Assembly: GCF_006345805.1 (NCBI RefSeq)
Contig: NC_042998.1
Location: 113,460,001 to 113,524,000, forward strand
DNA length: 64,000 nucleotides
Origin: Octopus sinensis
Taxonomy: Eukaryota
Direction of reading: 5' to 3'
How positions within the stretch are numbered: position 1 is the first letter of the stretch; each line of letters opens with the position of its first letter. A program made the translations under genes and the position numbers. The notes beneath the pieces were generated by a model. It made no database searches. It was not told the DNA's origin and was given only the letters and a program-made list of their open reading frames with translations. Shown one piece after another: positions 14,501 to 26,724 of the stretch.

Positions 14501-17500
14501 TCACCTAACAGAAACATGTATGTATGGCACTTTTAGGTTAAGCTAACAATACTTAATCATTTATGTACTCTTAACATTTTCCACCTGTAACCAATATATG
14601 CTGTTGCTTTCAATTTTTCTGCTATTATATATTATATAACTTGCTCTCTGTTTACAGATACATGGGATGGTTAGCTGGTTATCAGATGTCTTTTGATACA
14701 TCTAAGTCCAAGCTTTCCCGTAGTAATTTTGCAGTTGGATATTCTGCTGGTGACTTCACTCTGCATACGAATGTGTAAGTTTTATCTTTTGTGTCCCTTA
14801 TGTAACTAGGGTGTTGTAAGATTGCAAAACAAGATGAGACAAATTTGCAGTGGTTTTATAGAATTAAAGTGAATGTTGTATGTTGGATACGCAGTGTTAA
14901 TCAACAAGTGAGCTGAGAAAGTGTTGCATGAACATGTAAAGGAAATGCATGTTGAGTGTTTCTGGGATATTGAGTTAAAAGAGGCCACATGACTAGATCT
15001 TGTAACCTACAACGGATTTCTGTTTTAGTATTGCAGGCTTAATCTCCTAAACTTGGATTCTGAGAATTCATAACAATTGTGAAAGAAGTCTTAGGGCTTC
15101 AAAGATTAATACTGAGCCAGTATGGTGGTTGTCATCTTCAAAAGAGGAAACTTGGTATTTTTAGTTTATAATTTTATGGAAAATAAAGAAATATTTTTCT
15201 ACCCATTTTTATAGTGCTGTACTGATCCATATGCTTCTACAACAACAAATTAAGATACTATATATTTATCTTATAGGATTTAAATCTTAAAGAAGAAAAA
15301 AAAAAAACCTTGGAAATCTTAATTTTTTTTTGTTACTCTTTTATACCCTATATAAGAAAAATGTCACTTAGTCTTTTCTGTACATAAAGTGGTGGCAGTA
15401 TATTTTGTTGTTCAGTGTTTTTTAAAAAATTTTTTTTATAATTGCAGTCTTTATAAATTCTGCTAAAAAGTACTTTTATGCAAAAGACTGAGTTTAGATT
15501 AGTTTAAAATGTGGTAAATTTGGCTATATCTCTCGTAAGTACTATATTTTGAACAGATAGCCCATGAATAAATTTCCAAATTATATTGATCATTATTACA
15601 GCTTCTGATTTCATCATAATAAATGGAGATAGCATGTCTTTTAATATGAAATAGTTGGACAGTATTCTTCATTGAATTGCGATTGTTTCAGTATTGTGTG
15701 TTGTGTTCTTCAGCAAAACACTTGTGTTTTTCACATTATTGTGGTGGGTGGGAGAGTGCCAGAATTGTATGTCGGCAGAAATTCTTTTGCTCTCAACATT
15801 CGACTATTCCTCCCCCAAATTTTCAGGCCTTGTGCTTACAGTAGAGAAAAGATTATTACAAAATAAGTGAAAATTGCAATGTATATTGTCTTATAACTCT
15901 ACCTAAATCACTTGCCAAACAAATACAACTATCAAATGTTGACAATATAATTGATTAAATTTAAATAAAAATAAGGCAGTTTTCTATATTCATTGCTACT
16001 GAGTTATCTTGAAAATATTTTAGAGATGTGCCATAATGATTAATTTCTATACCTATGTAATTGTTTCTTTCTACAGAAATGATGGAACAGAATTTTGCGG
16101 TTCTATTTATCAGCATGTGAACCCTAAACTTGACATTGGTGTTAACTTGTCTTGGACATCCAATAGCAATGTCACTAGGTTTGGTTTAGGTGGTAAATAC
16201 ATCTTGGATAGTGATACTTCAGTCTCTGTAAGTATATTTCTATGTTTTTCGTTAAAAAAAAACACAAAAAATCCTTCATGTGTGTGGTTAGGACTATTTC
16301 TTTGTTTATCATTGTTTGTATACTTGTTTAGTTAAGTATTTTTCTTCAGTTTTCTATAATAGCCCTGGAGGAAAATTTATGAATTTAGTGGATTTTAAGT
16401 GAACATGAACTTTCAAACTGTTCAAAGATGATCATATTGAACAATGAATTTCCAGTGATTTAGGGTTTATAAGCAACAAACTTAATTCAATAATATCTGA
16501 TTTAAGAATGTATTAAAGATATTGTCTTATCAACATGACTGGAAAAGGGATAAGTTGTGTGTCCTATTACAAGGAAAGTTGAGTTAGTGCGCACATTAAA
16601 CTGATGAACTAGATATTTGTCTTGTTCAAGGCCTATTTTTCTAATATTAAACTAGCAGTATTTTCTCCATTTTCACTTTTCGGGTGATATACATGAATTG
16701 AGTTGCTTATATAGTGTGTGTATGAGCGAGTACTGAAAAGTTCCTGGCTTTGGGTAAAAGAAAATACAGGAGGATCAATTATGATTTTGTTCAACATATT
16801 CCCCTCAGAATCACACAATTATTTGCAACAGCCTTTGTTTTTCTAAGCCCTGTAAAAGAACTTGGAAGGTTGATCCTCCAATGAAGCCTTATGCAGTACC
16901 CTTTCAGCACTCTTGTACACACATTAGAAAAGTAGATTTTTGTAATCTAAACAAAATGATATAGATTACTCGTGAAGAGTTGATGAGCATGATTAAAAAG
17001 AAAAGTATCTTTTATTTTAAGCATTAGTTTTTTGGAAGGTCTTCAGTTATCTCCTGCATTTTCCTTTTATGTTATTAGACTGGTTTTTTAACAGCTAAAA
17101 ATTTACCTTTATACTTAAAAGAATAACAAAAAAGCCGTTTAAAGAGCATTTTGTATATCTTTAACAATTTGATGAATTTTTCATGTATGAAAGGATAGTA
17201 AAAGTTTTGTTTCAACATAGCACAATTTTAACTACATAATTATTAAGAAACGAGAGTAATTTTATGCTTTATGTATTTTTTCATTTTTCTGGTTGAATTT
17301 TTTTTCGTGTTTAAATAGTGCTCTTTGTTTAGATGATATGGATTATCATATCATTTAAGCATGAACAATCATTTTAGAATGAATCAATTTATGTTTTCAG
17401 CTATTTAATTGTGTATATTTTATTTTAATGCAGGCTAAAATTAACAATTCTAGTCAACTTGGACTGGGTTATTCTCAAAAGTTGAGAGATGGTAAGATAT

Positions 17501-19635
17501 ATTTTTTTTCATAGCTGTGATTATATTGCATAAAGCTGGAAATGATCTAAAATATGAACACTATATCAGTGTAAAGATTGAACATTTACAAATGTTGTTC
17601 AAATCTCTGTTTGATATTTTTCTCATGTCAGCAATTCTTTCATAGATTTTGTCATCTAAAGTTGTTTCATATCTTTTTTTTTTTGTATAGTTTATCCTGC
17701 ATACAAGAATAATTTAGTTACCTTTGATTTTAAAAGCGTTCTTATACAAAGTGGTGCAATTGTTAAAAAAAAAAGAAATGAATTTTCTTGAAGTGTCATT
17801 TGTCCTTAGTGATTGAATCAGTTGGAATATGAGTGGGCTTGTGATAATTTATCCCGAGTGACACCAACAGAGATCAGCTATTGCGGGTGCTCTCTGCCTA
17901 TTTAAGCAAGTTCGTCAAAGTTAGATATTGAAAGCATAAAGCTATGTAGGTGCTATACTAATCTACTGAATGAGATTGCTGTTGATTAGCTCTGGGTTAA
18001 CCCCAATCAAACAGAACAGTAATCATGCTAATTGTGACAAATATCCAATCACTTAGAAAAGGACACATTGAATAATGAGGTCATGCATTAGTGTTGAAGA
18101 TGATAGGATGTGGTTTGAAGATGATTTGGCTGCTCTTTTTAGCAGTTGGGGGACTATCAGAGATTCCTTTGTTGGTTTGAAGTTAAGGTATTGCAGGGAA
18201 GTGCTATCCCAATGACTTCCATAAATATAACCAATAAATACTGCGAAGGCTATTCACTGAAAAGACATTTACAGAATCTTTAGACTAATGACCATATGTT
18301 GAAAGTAGTTGTTGTAAACTTACTTGGGATAAGATTCAGTTTAGGTTATAGTCACAGATGTTATACAATTAGGGGGAAAATGAGATGTTCTACCAACTAG
18401 AGCAAAGTACTGTACAAGTTGACAAATGCAAAGCTGAGTGGATGCTAAGGAAACTGTAGATTAATAGGTTATCAGAACTGTTGGTGTCATATAGGTATAC
18501 TTTGTCAGGTTTGCCAGCAAGTCTAGAGAAGAATTACATGTTACAGGGTAAAATGAACTACTCACAACTTAATTGATGTGAATGATAGTTTATAATTCTT
18601 AGTAAAGGGGACTGGTCAATATACTGCAAATGGCAGCCTAATCACTCCCTTGTTATCTACTGTCTAAAAAGAGTAAAGATATTGGATATAATGTAATTCT
18701 AGGTTTGTTACCAATAAAATAATGGTTGCCTTTTGATCTTGAGCTAAGCAAGTAACATTGGAAAAGGTGTATAGTAGCTAAAGTAAGCCAAAGTGTAGTG
18801 AAAGTTCAGAGAACTAATAGCATCAGACATGTCTTTATGCTAAAGGCATGTCCTACATGATGCTGCTGTATGTTAGTGAGATATGGATATTGAATGTAAA
18901 AGTCCCATAATAGTTGGAGAGAATTATGGCTGTGAAGTGTTAACTTGCCCAAAATGTTGGTCACAAGTGAGCTGAGTGGTTATGGAGATGTGTGAAATCT
19001 ACTGTGGTGGTATGAATGGGCAGTGGGTGCTATGGAATGCTTTCTAGAGATCAGTTGGAAAAACTGGTATTGTGTTGCCAGTTCAAATATAGTGATAATT
19101 ATTTCTGTATGTCTTGATTTTATGATATCAACAACCATTTTGGATATTATCACTTGTCTAGATGGCACAGTTGAACTTAGTAATTAATTTACTTAAATAG
19201 AATTTATCTAATGCAAGTAGGACATGTTTCTTGTCTCACAATTCACTACTAGATTTATTGTTACCTTAAGAGGATTGTTTTTAAAGGGACTTGGTATCAA
19301 GTGTGTTGGTTATTGAGTGATAAAATATTAGCATTGATGTTAGAAAGGAACATATATGTGGAAAACCTTGGAAAGGAATTAGCAATTAGTAGTGGCTGAC
19401 TAGCTTCATTGTAAACAGTTTATTGCTAGAATAGAAAAATACTAAAATGGATCTCAGATAAGTAAATTGAAGTATATTAAAAGTTTTGACATGTATGTCA
19501 TTTAAATACGTTTCTAAAATTCTAATATTTCTATTTGTTTTAGGTGTTGTAATGACTTTGTCTACTCTGGTGGAAGGCAAAAATTTCAATGCTGGTGGAC
19601 ACAAGCTTGGTTTGGGACTTGAGTTATCTGCATAA
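8536..19635 (+). CDS. VDAC: Voltage-dependent anion channel (mitochondrial porin), 8 coding exons, 282 aa
   Basis: Hand-spliced join(8536-8599,10741-10875,11559-11679,13397-13507,14658-14774,16077-16227,17434-17491,19544-19635) = 849 nt. All introns are GT..AG with matching phases. Protein runs [21 protein letters not shown]...GSLETKYKW...FSEKWNTDN...[20 protein letters not shown]...[13 protein letters not shown], the eukaryotic porin signature. Confidence 0.98.
9570..9965 (-). mobile_element. Old tRNA-derived SINE with RTE-type 3' tail in VDAC intron 1
   Basis: Decayed match to the intact copy at 29645-30035 (ccaaatccact..ggctatagtag..aaccatgtggttgg); CpGs largely lost. Confidence 0.75.
10741..10875 (+). 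CDS. VDAC: VDAC coding exon 2
   Basis: tttcag|AT TAT GGA; [16 protein letters not shown]...[12 protein letters not shown]; donor G|gttag. Confidence 0.97.
11559..11679 (+). CDS. VDAC: VDAC coding exon 3
   Basis: tgtttag|GT ATG; [41 protein letters not shown]; donor GG|gtatgt. Confidence 0.97.
13397..13507 (+). CDS. VDAC: VDAC coding exon 4
   Basis: tttcag|T AAA; [37 protein letters not shown]; donor GG|gtaatt. Confidence 0.97.
14658..14774 (+). CDS. VDAC: VDAC coding exon 5
   Basis: tttacag|A TAC; [39 protein letters not shown]; donor GT|gtaagt. Confidence 0.97.
16077..16227 (+). CDS. VDAC: VDAC coding exon 6
   Basis: ctacag|A AAT; [50 protein letters not shown]; donor |gtaagt. Confidence 0.97.
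17434..17491 (+). CDS. VDAC: VDAC coding exon 7
   Basis: tgcag|GCT; [19 protein letters not shown]; donor G|gtaag. Confidence 0.97.
19544..19635 (+). CDS. VDAC: VDAC coding exon 8 (stop)
   Basis: tttag|GT GTT; [30 protein letters not shown] then TAA at 19633-19635. Confidence 0.97.
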
Positions 19636-19969
19636 GACCAATTTTGTAATGATAGTTCGGTGTTTCTATGTGCATGTTAAGGTGGAGAGCATGGGTCTTT
19701 TCCTCTGACCTGCTGTATCATCTCTTCACAAAGGAAAAAGGATTAACAGAAGTTTTTTTTTTTTTTTCTTCGATAGGGATTGATCCCACTTTGAATTGGG
19801 TTCTTTCCTACAGATTGTCAATGAAAGTTTTTTTTCCTCCTAATCCTACAGCTATTTTTGCTGTTGATATAACTCATTAGCAAACAGCAACAACATAGAT
19901 GTACAAGGGTTAAAAATAGTAGACATTGCTTACTAATGTTATTTCTTTGTAATCTGAAACTTGGCCTCC

Positions 19970-19975
19970 AATAAA
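19970..19975 (+). terminator. Candidate proximal poly(A) signal of VDAC
   Basis: AATAAA about 335 nt after the stop. Confidence 0.35.
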
Positions 19976-20841
19976 CGATTCAGTTTATCCATTGAATTTG
20001 GTTTTTCTAATTCATTTACTAAAATATTCACCTTTGCTTTTTTTTTTTTTATGGTGAAATTGGGTTGGGAATTTTCTAAATTTTCTGGGAATTATTTTGC
20101 TGTTGGGGCTAGAAATTGTGTGTGTGTGTGTATATGCATTTTATTACTTGGAGATGTTTTTTCCCTGTTCCTTTAGAAGCCATAATGGTAAACCTTAATT
20201 TTGCATTATGCCCTAATTTACATTAAGACCTTTGCCTCACCCCAACCCTAACGTGTAAAGCATCTGTTTGTTACAACAGAACATCAGAATATATACATAG
20301 CTGTGAATGGGCTGAAATGTGTCTAAACTATTATGGCAAGCTCTGTATATTTCTTAAAGCAAAAGGCGAACTTGTGTTTCAATGAATACAAATGAATTAG
20401 TATATTAAAATATTTGCATTGATTAAAGAGTTTTGTGTAATACACCTTCCTCAATGATTTTTTTTTCCCCATTGATTATTGAATGTATAAATATATTCAT
20501 AGCTTTTATTTGGATTATTAAATCAATAATAAAGGAAATCATGTAGCTTAGTGGGTGTAAGATTGAAATAATTGAGCAGTTTGTCAAATGTTTCTGCAAC
20601 AAGATGTATAGATTTTTAAATGGGATAACATTTTCGAGGGTTTGGATGAAAAGAATGAGAAAAATTGTTTGGTAATTACAACTGAGATTCACTACTTCCA
20701 GTTAGAGATAATACAATTTTTCTTAATCTGAAATACTTATTATTTGGAGGGAGTTATTTAAATGTTTTGTTTGATAAATGTACTGACTTGATTATTTTTG
20801 TTTTTTATCCCTCCATTTTTTCGAAACCTGCAACACATTTG

Positions 20842-20847
20842 AATAAA
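20842..20847 (+). terminator. Candidate distal poly(A) signal of VDAC
   Basis: AATAAA followed by T/GT-rich sequence (gttgttctaatt...ttttgttc...tttttttc). Confidence 0.45.
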
Positions 20848-21313
20848 GTTGTTCTAATTATCTTGTTGCTAATTTTGTTCTAATTAGCTTTTGGATTTTT
20901 TTTTCTTTGTGAAATGTGAAAGACATAAAGGAATGCTAAAATCTAAATGAGTTAAAAAAATCAAAGTTAGTTACAAGGATATGAAATTGTGATGGGAATC
21001 CCTTTCTAAAGTACATTGACCCATTCTGCATGGGGAATTTCAGTTGTATTGCCAACTGAATTTTTTTAATTTACTAATTTCAACAATTAGCTGTATCTGC
21101 TTAGCTCCAGGTTGACACTAACCCAGCAAACCCAGAAAGATGTTCCAATGATGACAATCCCATCCTTTTGTGTATATTGGGACTGCGTGGCTCATTTGCC
21201 TTTTAAGTATTTGATTTGAAGCAAGATTTGGCTGCTATTATTTGCAGGAACATAACTCTAATATTACATTCAAATTTTTTTTTTTTTTAATTTTTATAAA
21301 TTAAAATTTCATT

Positions 21314-23037
21314 TCATCATCATCGTTTAACGTCCGTTTTCCGCGCTTGCACGGGTTGGACGGTTCGACTGGGATCTGGGGAGCCAGGGGCTGCTCCAGT
21401 CTGATCTGGCAGTGTTTCTACAGCTGGATGCCCTTCCTAACGCCAACCACTCCGCAAGTGTAGTGGGTGCTTTTTACGTGCCACCTGCACAGGTGCCAGA
21501 GAGGTCTGGCATCGGCCACGATCGGTTGGTGCTTTTTATGTGCCACCAGCACAGAAGCCAGTCGAGGCGGTGCTGGCATCGGCCACGTTCGGATGGTGCT
21601 TTTTATGTGCCACCGGCACAGAAGCCAGTCGAGGCGGTGCTGGCATCGGCCACGTTCGGATGGTGCTTTTTATGTGCCACCGGCACAGAAGCCAGTCAAG
21701 GCTGCACTGGCAACAGCCACGTTCGGATGGTGCTTTTTATGTGTCACCGGCACAGGTATCACAACTACTGTTTCCATTGATATTTGGTTCGATGTACATG
21801 CACTTGACTCAACAGGTCTCCTCAAGCACAGCGAGATGTTCCGGGATCCAAGGTACTTTGAATGGGCAGGGGGCTGGTGCCGGAAGCATCCCGGGTCTTC
21901 GTAGTCACAGCACATCTCCAGAGATCTCGGTCCTTCGCCATTGCCTCAGTGAGGCCCAACGCTCTGAGGTCATGCTTGACTACCTCTCCCCCTGATTCCT
22001 TCAACTGTTCGGGAGTGGCACTTCTTCACACATCTCTCCTCATCCATCCGCAGTACATGACCATACCATCGCAAGCGTCGCTCTTGCACACCGCATCTGA
22101 TGCTTCTTATGCCTAGCATTTCTCTCAGGGTGCTTACACTCTGTCGTGCATTGACACTGACATTACACATCCAGCGGATCATGCTAGCGTCATTTCTTTC
22201 AAGTCTACGCATGTCCTCTGCAGTCACGGCCTGTGTTTCACTGCCGTGAAGCATGGCAGTTCGCACACATGCATCATACAATCTACCTTTCACTCTGAGT
22301 GAGAGACCCTTTGTCGCCAGTAGGGGTACGAGCTTTCTAAACTTTGCCCAGGCTATTCGTGTTCTAGTGGTGACACTCTCTGAGCATCCACTCGCACTAC
22401 TAACTTGGTCACCCAGGTAGCAGAAACTATCAACTACTTCTAGTTTCTCCCCCTGGAGTGTGATGGAATCTGTTTTCTGAGTGTCTGTGGTGTCTATTGT
22501 CCCTGTGCATCTGCCGCACATGAAAGCTATCTTATCAGTTAATTTCCCTTTGATGTTGCTGCACCTCTTATGTGTCCATAGCTTACACTGGGTGCATCTT
22601 ATGGAGTTTCTACCTACAGCTCGAGCAGGGCCACCTGCCCGATGGGGTGTGTGCTGAGTTCGTCTTTCTGCATGCTATAACTTTGGTCTTCGCTACATTT
22701 ACTCTAAGGCCCTTAGATTCTAACCCTTGTTTCCACACCCGAAATTTCTTTTTTAGTTCCGGTAGTGATTCTGCTATGAGGGCCAAGTCATCAGCATAGA
22801 GGAGCTCCCAGGGGCAACCTGTTTTGAATTCCTCTGTTATTGCCTGGAGGACTGATGAATAAAGGGGACTGAGGGCTGAGCCCTGGTGTACACCTACATC
22901 TACCCGGAATTCTTCACTATATTTGTTGCCAATCCTAACCTTGCTGACAGCCTCTCTGTATAGAGCCTGTACAGCCCTTATTAGCCATTCGTCAATCAAC
23001 AGTTTCCGCATCGACCACCAGATAAGGGATTGGGGAG
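21314..23037 (-). mobile_element. RTE-clade LINE, 5'-truncated, internally deleted
   Basis: RT fragments (ELLYADDLALIAES; FCYLGD; RRLRWYGHV) homologous to the copy at 30962-33797; same 3' UTR architecture and (GAT)n tail at 21314-21324. Confidence 0.95.
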
Positions 23038-23898
23038 ATATATATATATATATATATATATATAGCTATGGTAGAAATAGCAGCCAAATCTCCCTCAAAT
23101 CACTCCCTTCTGTCTTATGTGTGTATATACGTATGAACCAGTGAGGTAGACCTCTACATGGTAAATAGATCTAGTAGAAACAGTAGCCAAATCTCCCTCG
23201 AATCACACTACTGTCTTATGTATGTATGTGTGTGTGTGTGTGTATGAATCAATTAGGAGACCTTTATATAATAGCTAGAACTGGTAGAAATAGCAGCCAA
23301 ATCTCCCTCTACACATCAAATCATGCTGTTCTGAGTTACCTGTACTGGGAAATCAACAGCTGGAGCCCTCTTTTTATCATAGCAGGGATCTGGGACCTAA
23401 CAACAAATATGAATTGGAGGTTGAACTGCACAAGTCTACCTTGTACCTGGCAGCATGCAATGCTACAAATCCGGCTATTTTGACCTATCAAATTGTCCAC
23501 CTTCTTCCTGATACCGGCAACAAATGAAAATGACAGTGAGAGTGAGGCGAGATTACATTACACCCGGTTGCGATGCTAGTCCCTCTCAGGTTACCTTTCT
23601 AGGAAAATGTTGAAATGTTGATGACCAGGACTGTAATCCTATCTGAAAATGAAGAAAGCTATCACAGATTGTGATACAGTATCAATTCTAGAACAGGTGA
23701 TCCGGAGTGCATTTCATTTGAAACCCTACTTCCTTGAGAACGATCCGTGTTTAGCTATCTTTGATTGGTGAACTATATGTGTCATATGTGCATTTGTCTT
23801 ATTTATTTTCACTTTTATATAAGCGTGCGTGCATGCACGTGTATATGTATAAATATATATGTATATATATCAGTGTGTGTGTGTGTGTGTATATATAT

Positions 23899-24098
23899 AA
23901 GGCGGCGAGCTGGCAGACACGTTAGCGCGCCGGGCGAAATGCTTAGCGGTATTTCGTCTGTCGCTACGTTCTGAGTTCAAATTCCGCCGAGGTCAACTTT
24001 GCTTTTCATCCTTTCGGGGTCAATAAATAAAATACCAGTTTTGCACTGGGGTCCATGTAATTGACTGAATCCCTTCCTTCTAAGATAATTGGTCCTAG
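23899..24098 (+). mobile_element. Young tRNA-derived SINE
   Basis: aaggcggcgagctggcag head, B-box-like gagttcaaattcc, core ctttcatcctttcggggtcaataaataa..taccag; CpGs intact. Confidence 0.9.
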
Positions 24099-25291
24099 TA
24101 GCTATGAAGTTGTACTGGTATTCTAAGTCACAAAAGTATTGTAAGACCAGGATTCTGTTGTTTTTAAGTAGATGGAACATGCTTCATTTTGGAAGCCAAC
24201 CAGTAAGTTAACTAAATCTATGGTTAAGGTTTTGACATTAGTTGATAGTTATGACAGGTTAACATTTTAATAGATATCAGCCTAAGCTTGCTGAATAAAG
24301 AAACGTTAGTCAACTTGCAGAGCTGAATTCACATCTTAAAAAAGATTGCCAAGATTTTTCAAGGAATGTACATCTGACAAGTCTTAAGTAATACTCTGCA
24401 GCTGGCACTACTTTTTGTTGGTTTGGGAAAGGTTCAAGTTGATGTGACATGTAAAACACTGACTTAAATATTTTTTCTAGGCCTGTTAAAAGGGGGGTTT
24501 CTGAATATTTTTATGCATTTGAAACCAGAGTGTAGGGCTAAGATCAGCCAAACAACATTTACTGTACTGCAGTATATCTATGCCGGCTGTGTTGGTGGTG
24601 GCAGGAAGAGGATACATTTCAATTTCTCTGCAATTGTTTGTATTTTGAACTAAAAATTCCAATAATTAGAAGTTAGTTCTTTATATCCATGCTGCTGAGA
24701 ACTTAGGTCTAAACTTTCCATTGAATTTCAACCTCCAGCAAAACTTTTTCAAATGCTATAAAAATGTTATTTATCTTTAACCAGAGATAGTGCAATGAAA
24801 TGGTCTTTAGGATGGGAACAGCAATCTAAAGATGACATGCTTATTGGGAACTGAGTTTAGTTTGAGGAGGTTCAATTATTGATACGCCACATAAAGACAG
24901 CCCACACAGTAGCACATATAACAAGTTTATTATGATTATTATTAAAACAGTGAGCTGACAGAATCGTTAGCACATCAGACAAAATGCTGAGCAGCATTTT
25001 GTCCATCTATAAATGTTCTGAGTTCAAATACTACTGGGGTTGACTTTACCTTTCATTCTTTCGGGGTTGATAGCGTAAGTACCAGTTGAGTACTAGGGTT
25101 GATGTAATTAACTATTCCTCTCCTCTAAAATTTCAGGCTTTGTGCCTACAGTAGAAATTATTATTATTAAGGTGGCAAGCTGGTAAAATCATTAGCAGGC
25201 TGGACAAAATGCTTAGCGGCATTTCAACTGTCCTTACGTTCTGAGTTCAAATTGCACCATGGTTGACTTGGCCTTTCATCCTTTTGGGGTC

Positions 25292-25821
25292 AGTCATGGC
25301 TAATGCCAGTGCTATCTAACTGGCACGTAAAAACACTACTCGAACATTGAGCCTCATGGAGCCAGTGATATCAAGCCAAGTAAGATTGTAGTTGTGACTG
25401 CCAGTGTTGCATAACTGGCTCATTGAAAGCACCCTTCAGTCTCTGGGTGATATGCTGTGCTTGTGGAAACCTGTTAAACGAAGTGAAATTGTAGTTGTGG
25501 CTGCCTGACTGGCACATAAAAAGCACCGTTCAAGCATTGGACCTCATGGGGGCAGTGATAGCTGACCAAGACCTTTGGTGATATACTGTGCTTGTGTACC
25601 GTATCATGGCTGATGCTGGTATCAGGTCATTGGCACCCATACCAGTGGTACGTAAAAAACACCCACTATACTCTGGTTTGCATTAGGAAGGGCATCCAGC
25701 TGTAAAAACATTGCCAAATCAAATTGGAACCTGGTGCAGCCCCATCCCTGGCTTACCAGTTTTCAGGCAAACCGTCCAGCCATTGCCAGCATGGAAAGTG
25801 GACGTTAAATGATGATGATGA
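25292..25821 (+). mobile_element. Old RTE 3' UTR fragment nested inside a SINE
   Basis: ggcacgtaaaaa..cacc units, aggaagggcatccagctgtaaaaac, gcatggaaagtggacgttaaatgatgatgatga tail; the host SINE resumes after it. Confidence 0.8.
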
Positions 25822-26362
25822 AATATGGGGTGTCGATGTAATTGATTATTCTCCTTCCCCCAAATTTCAGGCCTTTTGCCTTTAATAGAAAGGATTATTA
25901 TTAAGGTGGCGAGCTGGCAGAATCATTGGTATGCCAGATGAAATGCTGAGTGGTATTTCGTCTGTCTTTACATTCTGAGTTCAAATTCTGCTGAGATTGA
26001 CTTTGCCTTTTATCCTTTTGGGTCAATAAATTAGGTACCAGTCAAATACTGGGGTCACTGCAATCAACAAGCCTCACCCCATCTCTTCCTAAAATTTCAG
26101 GCCTTGTGCTTATAGTAGAAAGGATTATTATTATTATTATTATTATTATTAAGGCAGTGAGTTGGCTGAATTGTTAGCATGCTGGGCAAAATGCTTAGTG
26201 GCATTTTGTCCAACTTTACACTCAGTTCAAATTCTGCTGTATCCAACTTTGCCTTTCATCCCTTCAGAGCTTGATAAAATAAGTAATCGACTAACCCCCT
26301 ACCTTGAACTTGCTGGCCTTGTGCCAAAATTTGAAATTTTTATTATTGTTAAAGGATTATTA

Positions 26363-26724
26363 TTATCTGTGCGTTAGTGAAAGTGGAGGTATTGTTTTCA
26401 GTCGCACTTGTTTCTTTGTCCATGGACAAAATATTTCACGAAGTGCTGGATGGATTCAGATGAAACTTTCTGGGATGTTTGTCCTCGTGACTGATATGAA
26501 CTGATTAAATTTTGGGATCAATCTGGTTCTGGACTAGGATTCTGGATTATTCTTATTGTTTTTTACTTGCGTTTTGAGAGCGGTCGGGTCCAGTTTTAGT
26601 ATTCTCATTTGTGAGAGTAGTTGAGTTTATTTCAGATCTTCTCATTTTAAAAGACATCTCTGGCTAATCGTTGAGAGTACGTTGGTGTTGCCTTGGTGGA
26701 GGTTTGCACTCTCTGAGTGCTCTT
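26363..26724 (+). mobile_element. Helentron-type non-autonomous element (HINE/DINE-like)
   Basis: Subterminal ccttggtggaggt followed by hairpin GCACTC-tct-GAGTGC (26706-26720) and T-rich end; family assignment from recalled architecture. Confidence 0.7.

Noticed and set aside
16036-16335. 99-aa ORF as a standalone gene
   Set aside because: It is VDAC exon 6 read into the flanking introns.
21412-21995. Overlapping 120-150 aa ORFs (also 33259-33826)
   Set aside because: They are translations of the RTE 3' UTR minisatellite in several frames; no splice or domain support.
23340-23660. Two possible minus-strand exons with GT/AG ends downstream of VDAC
   Set aside because: Translations resemble no known family and no partner exons were found; compatible with chance or decayed repeat.
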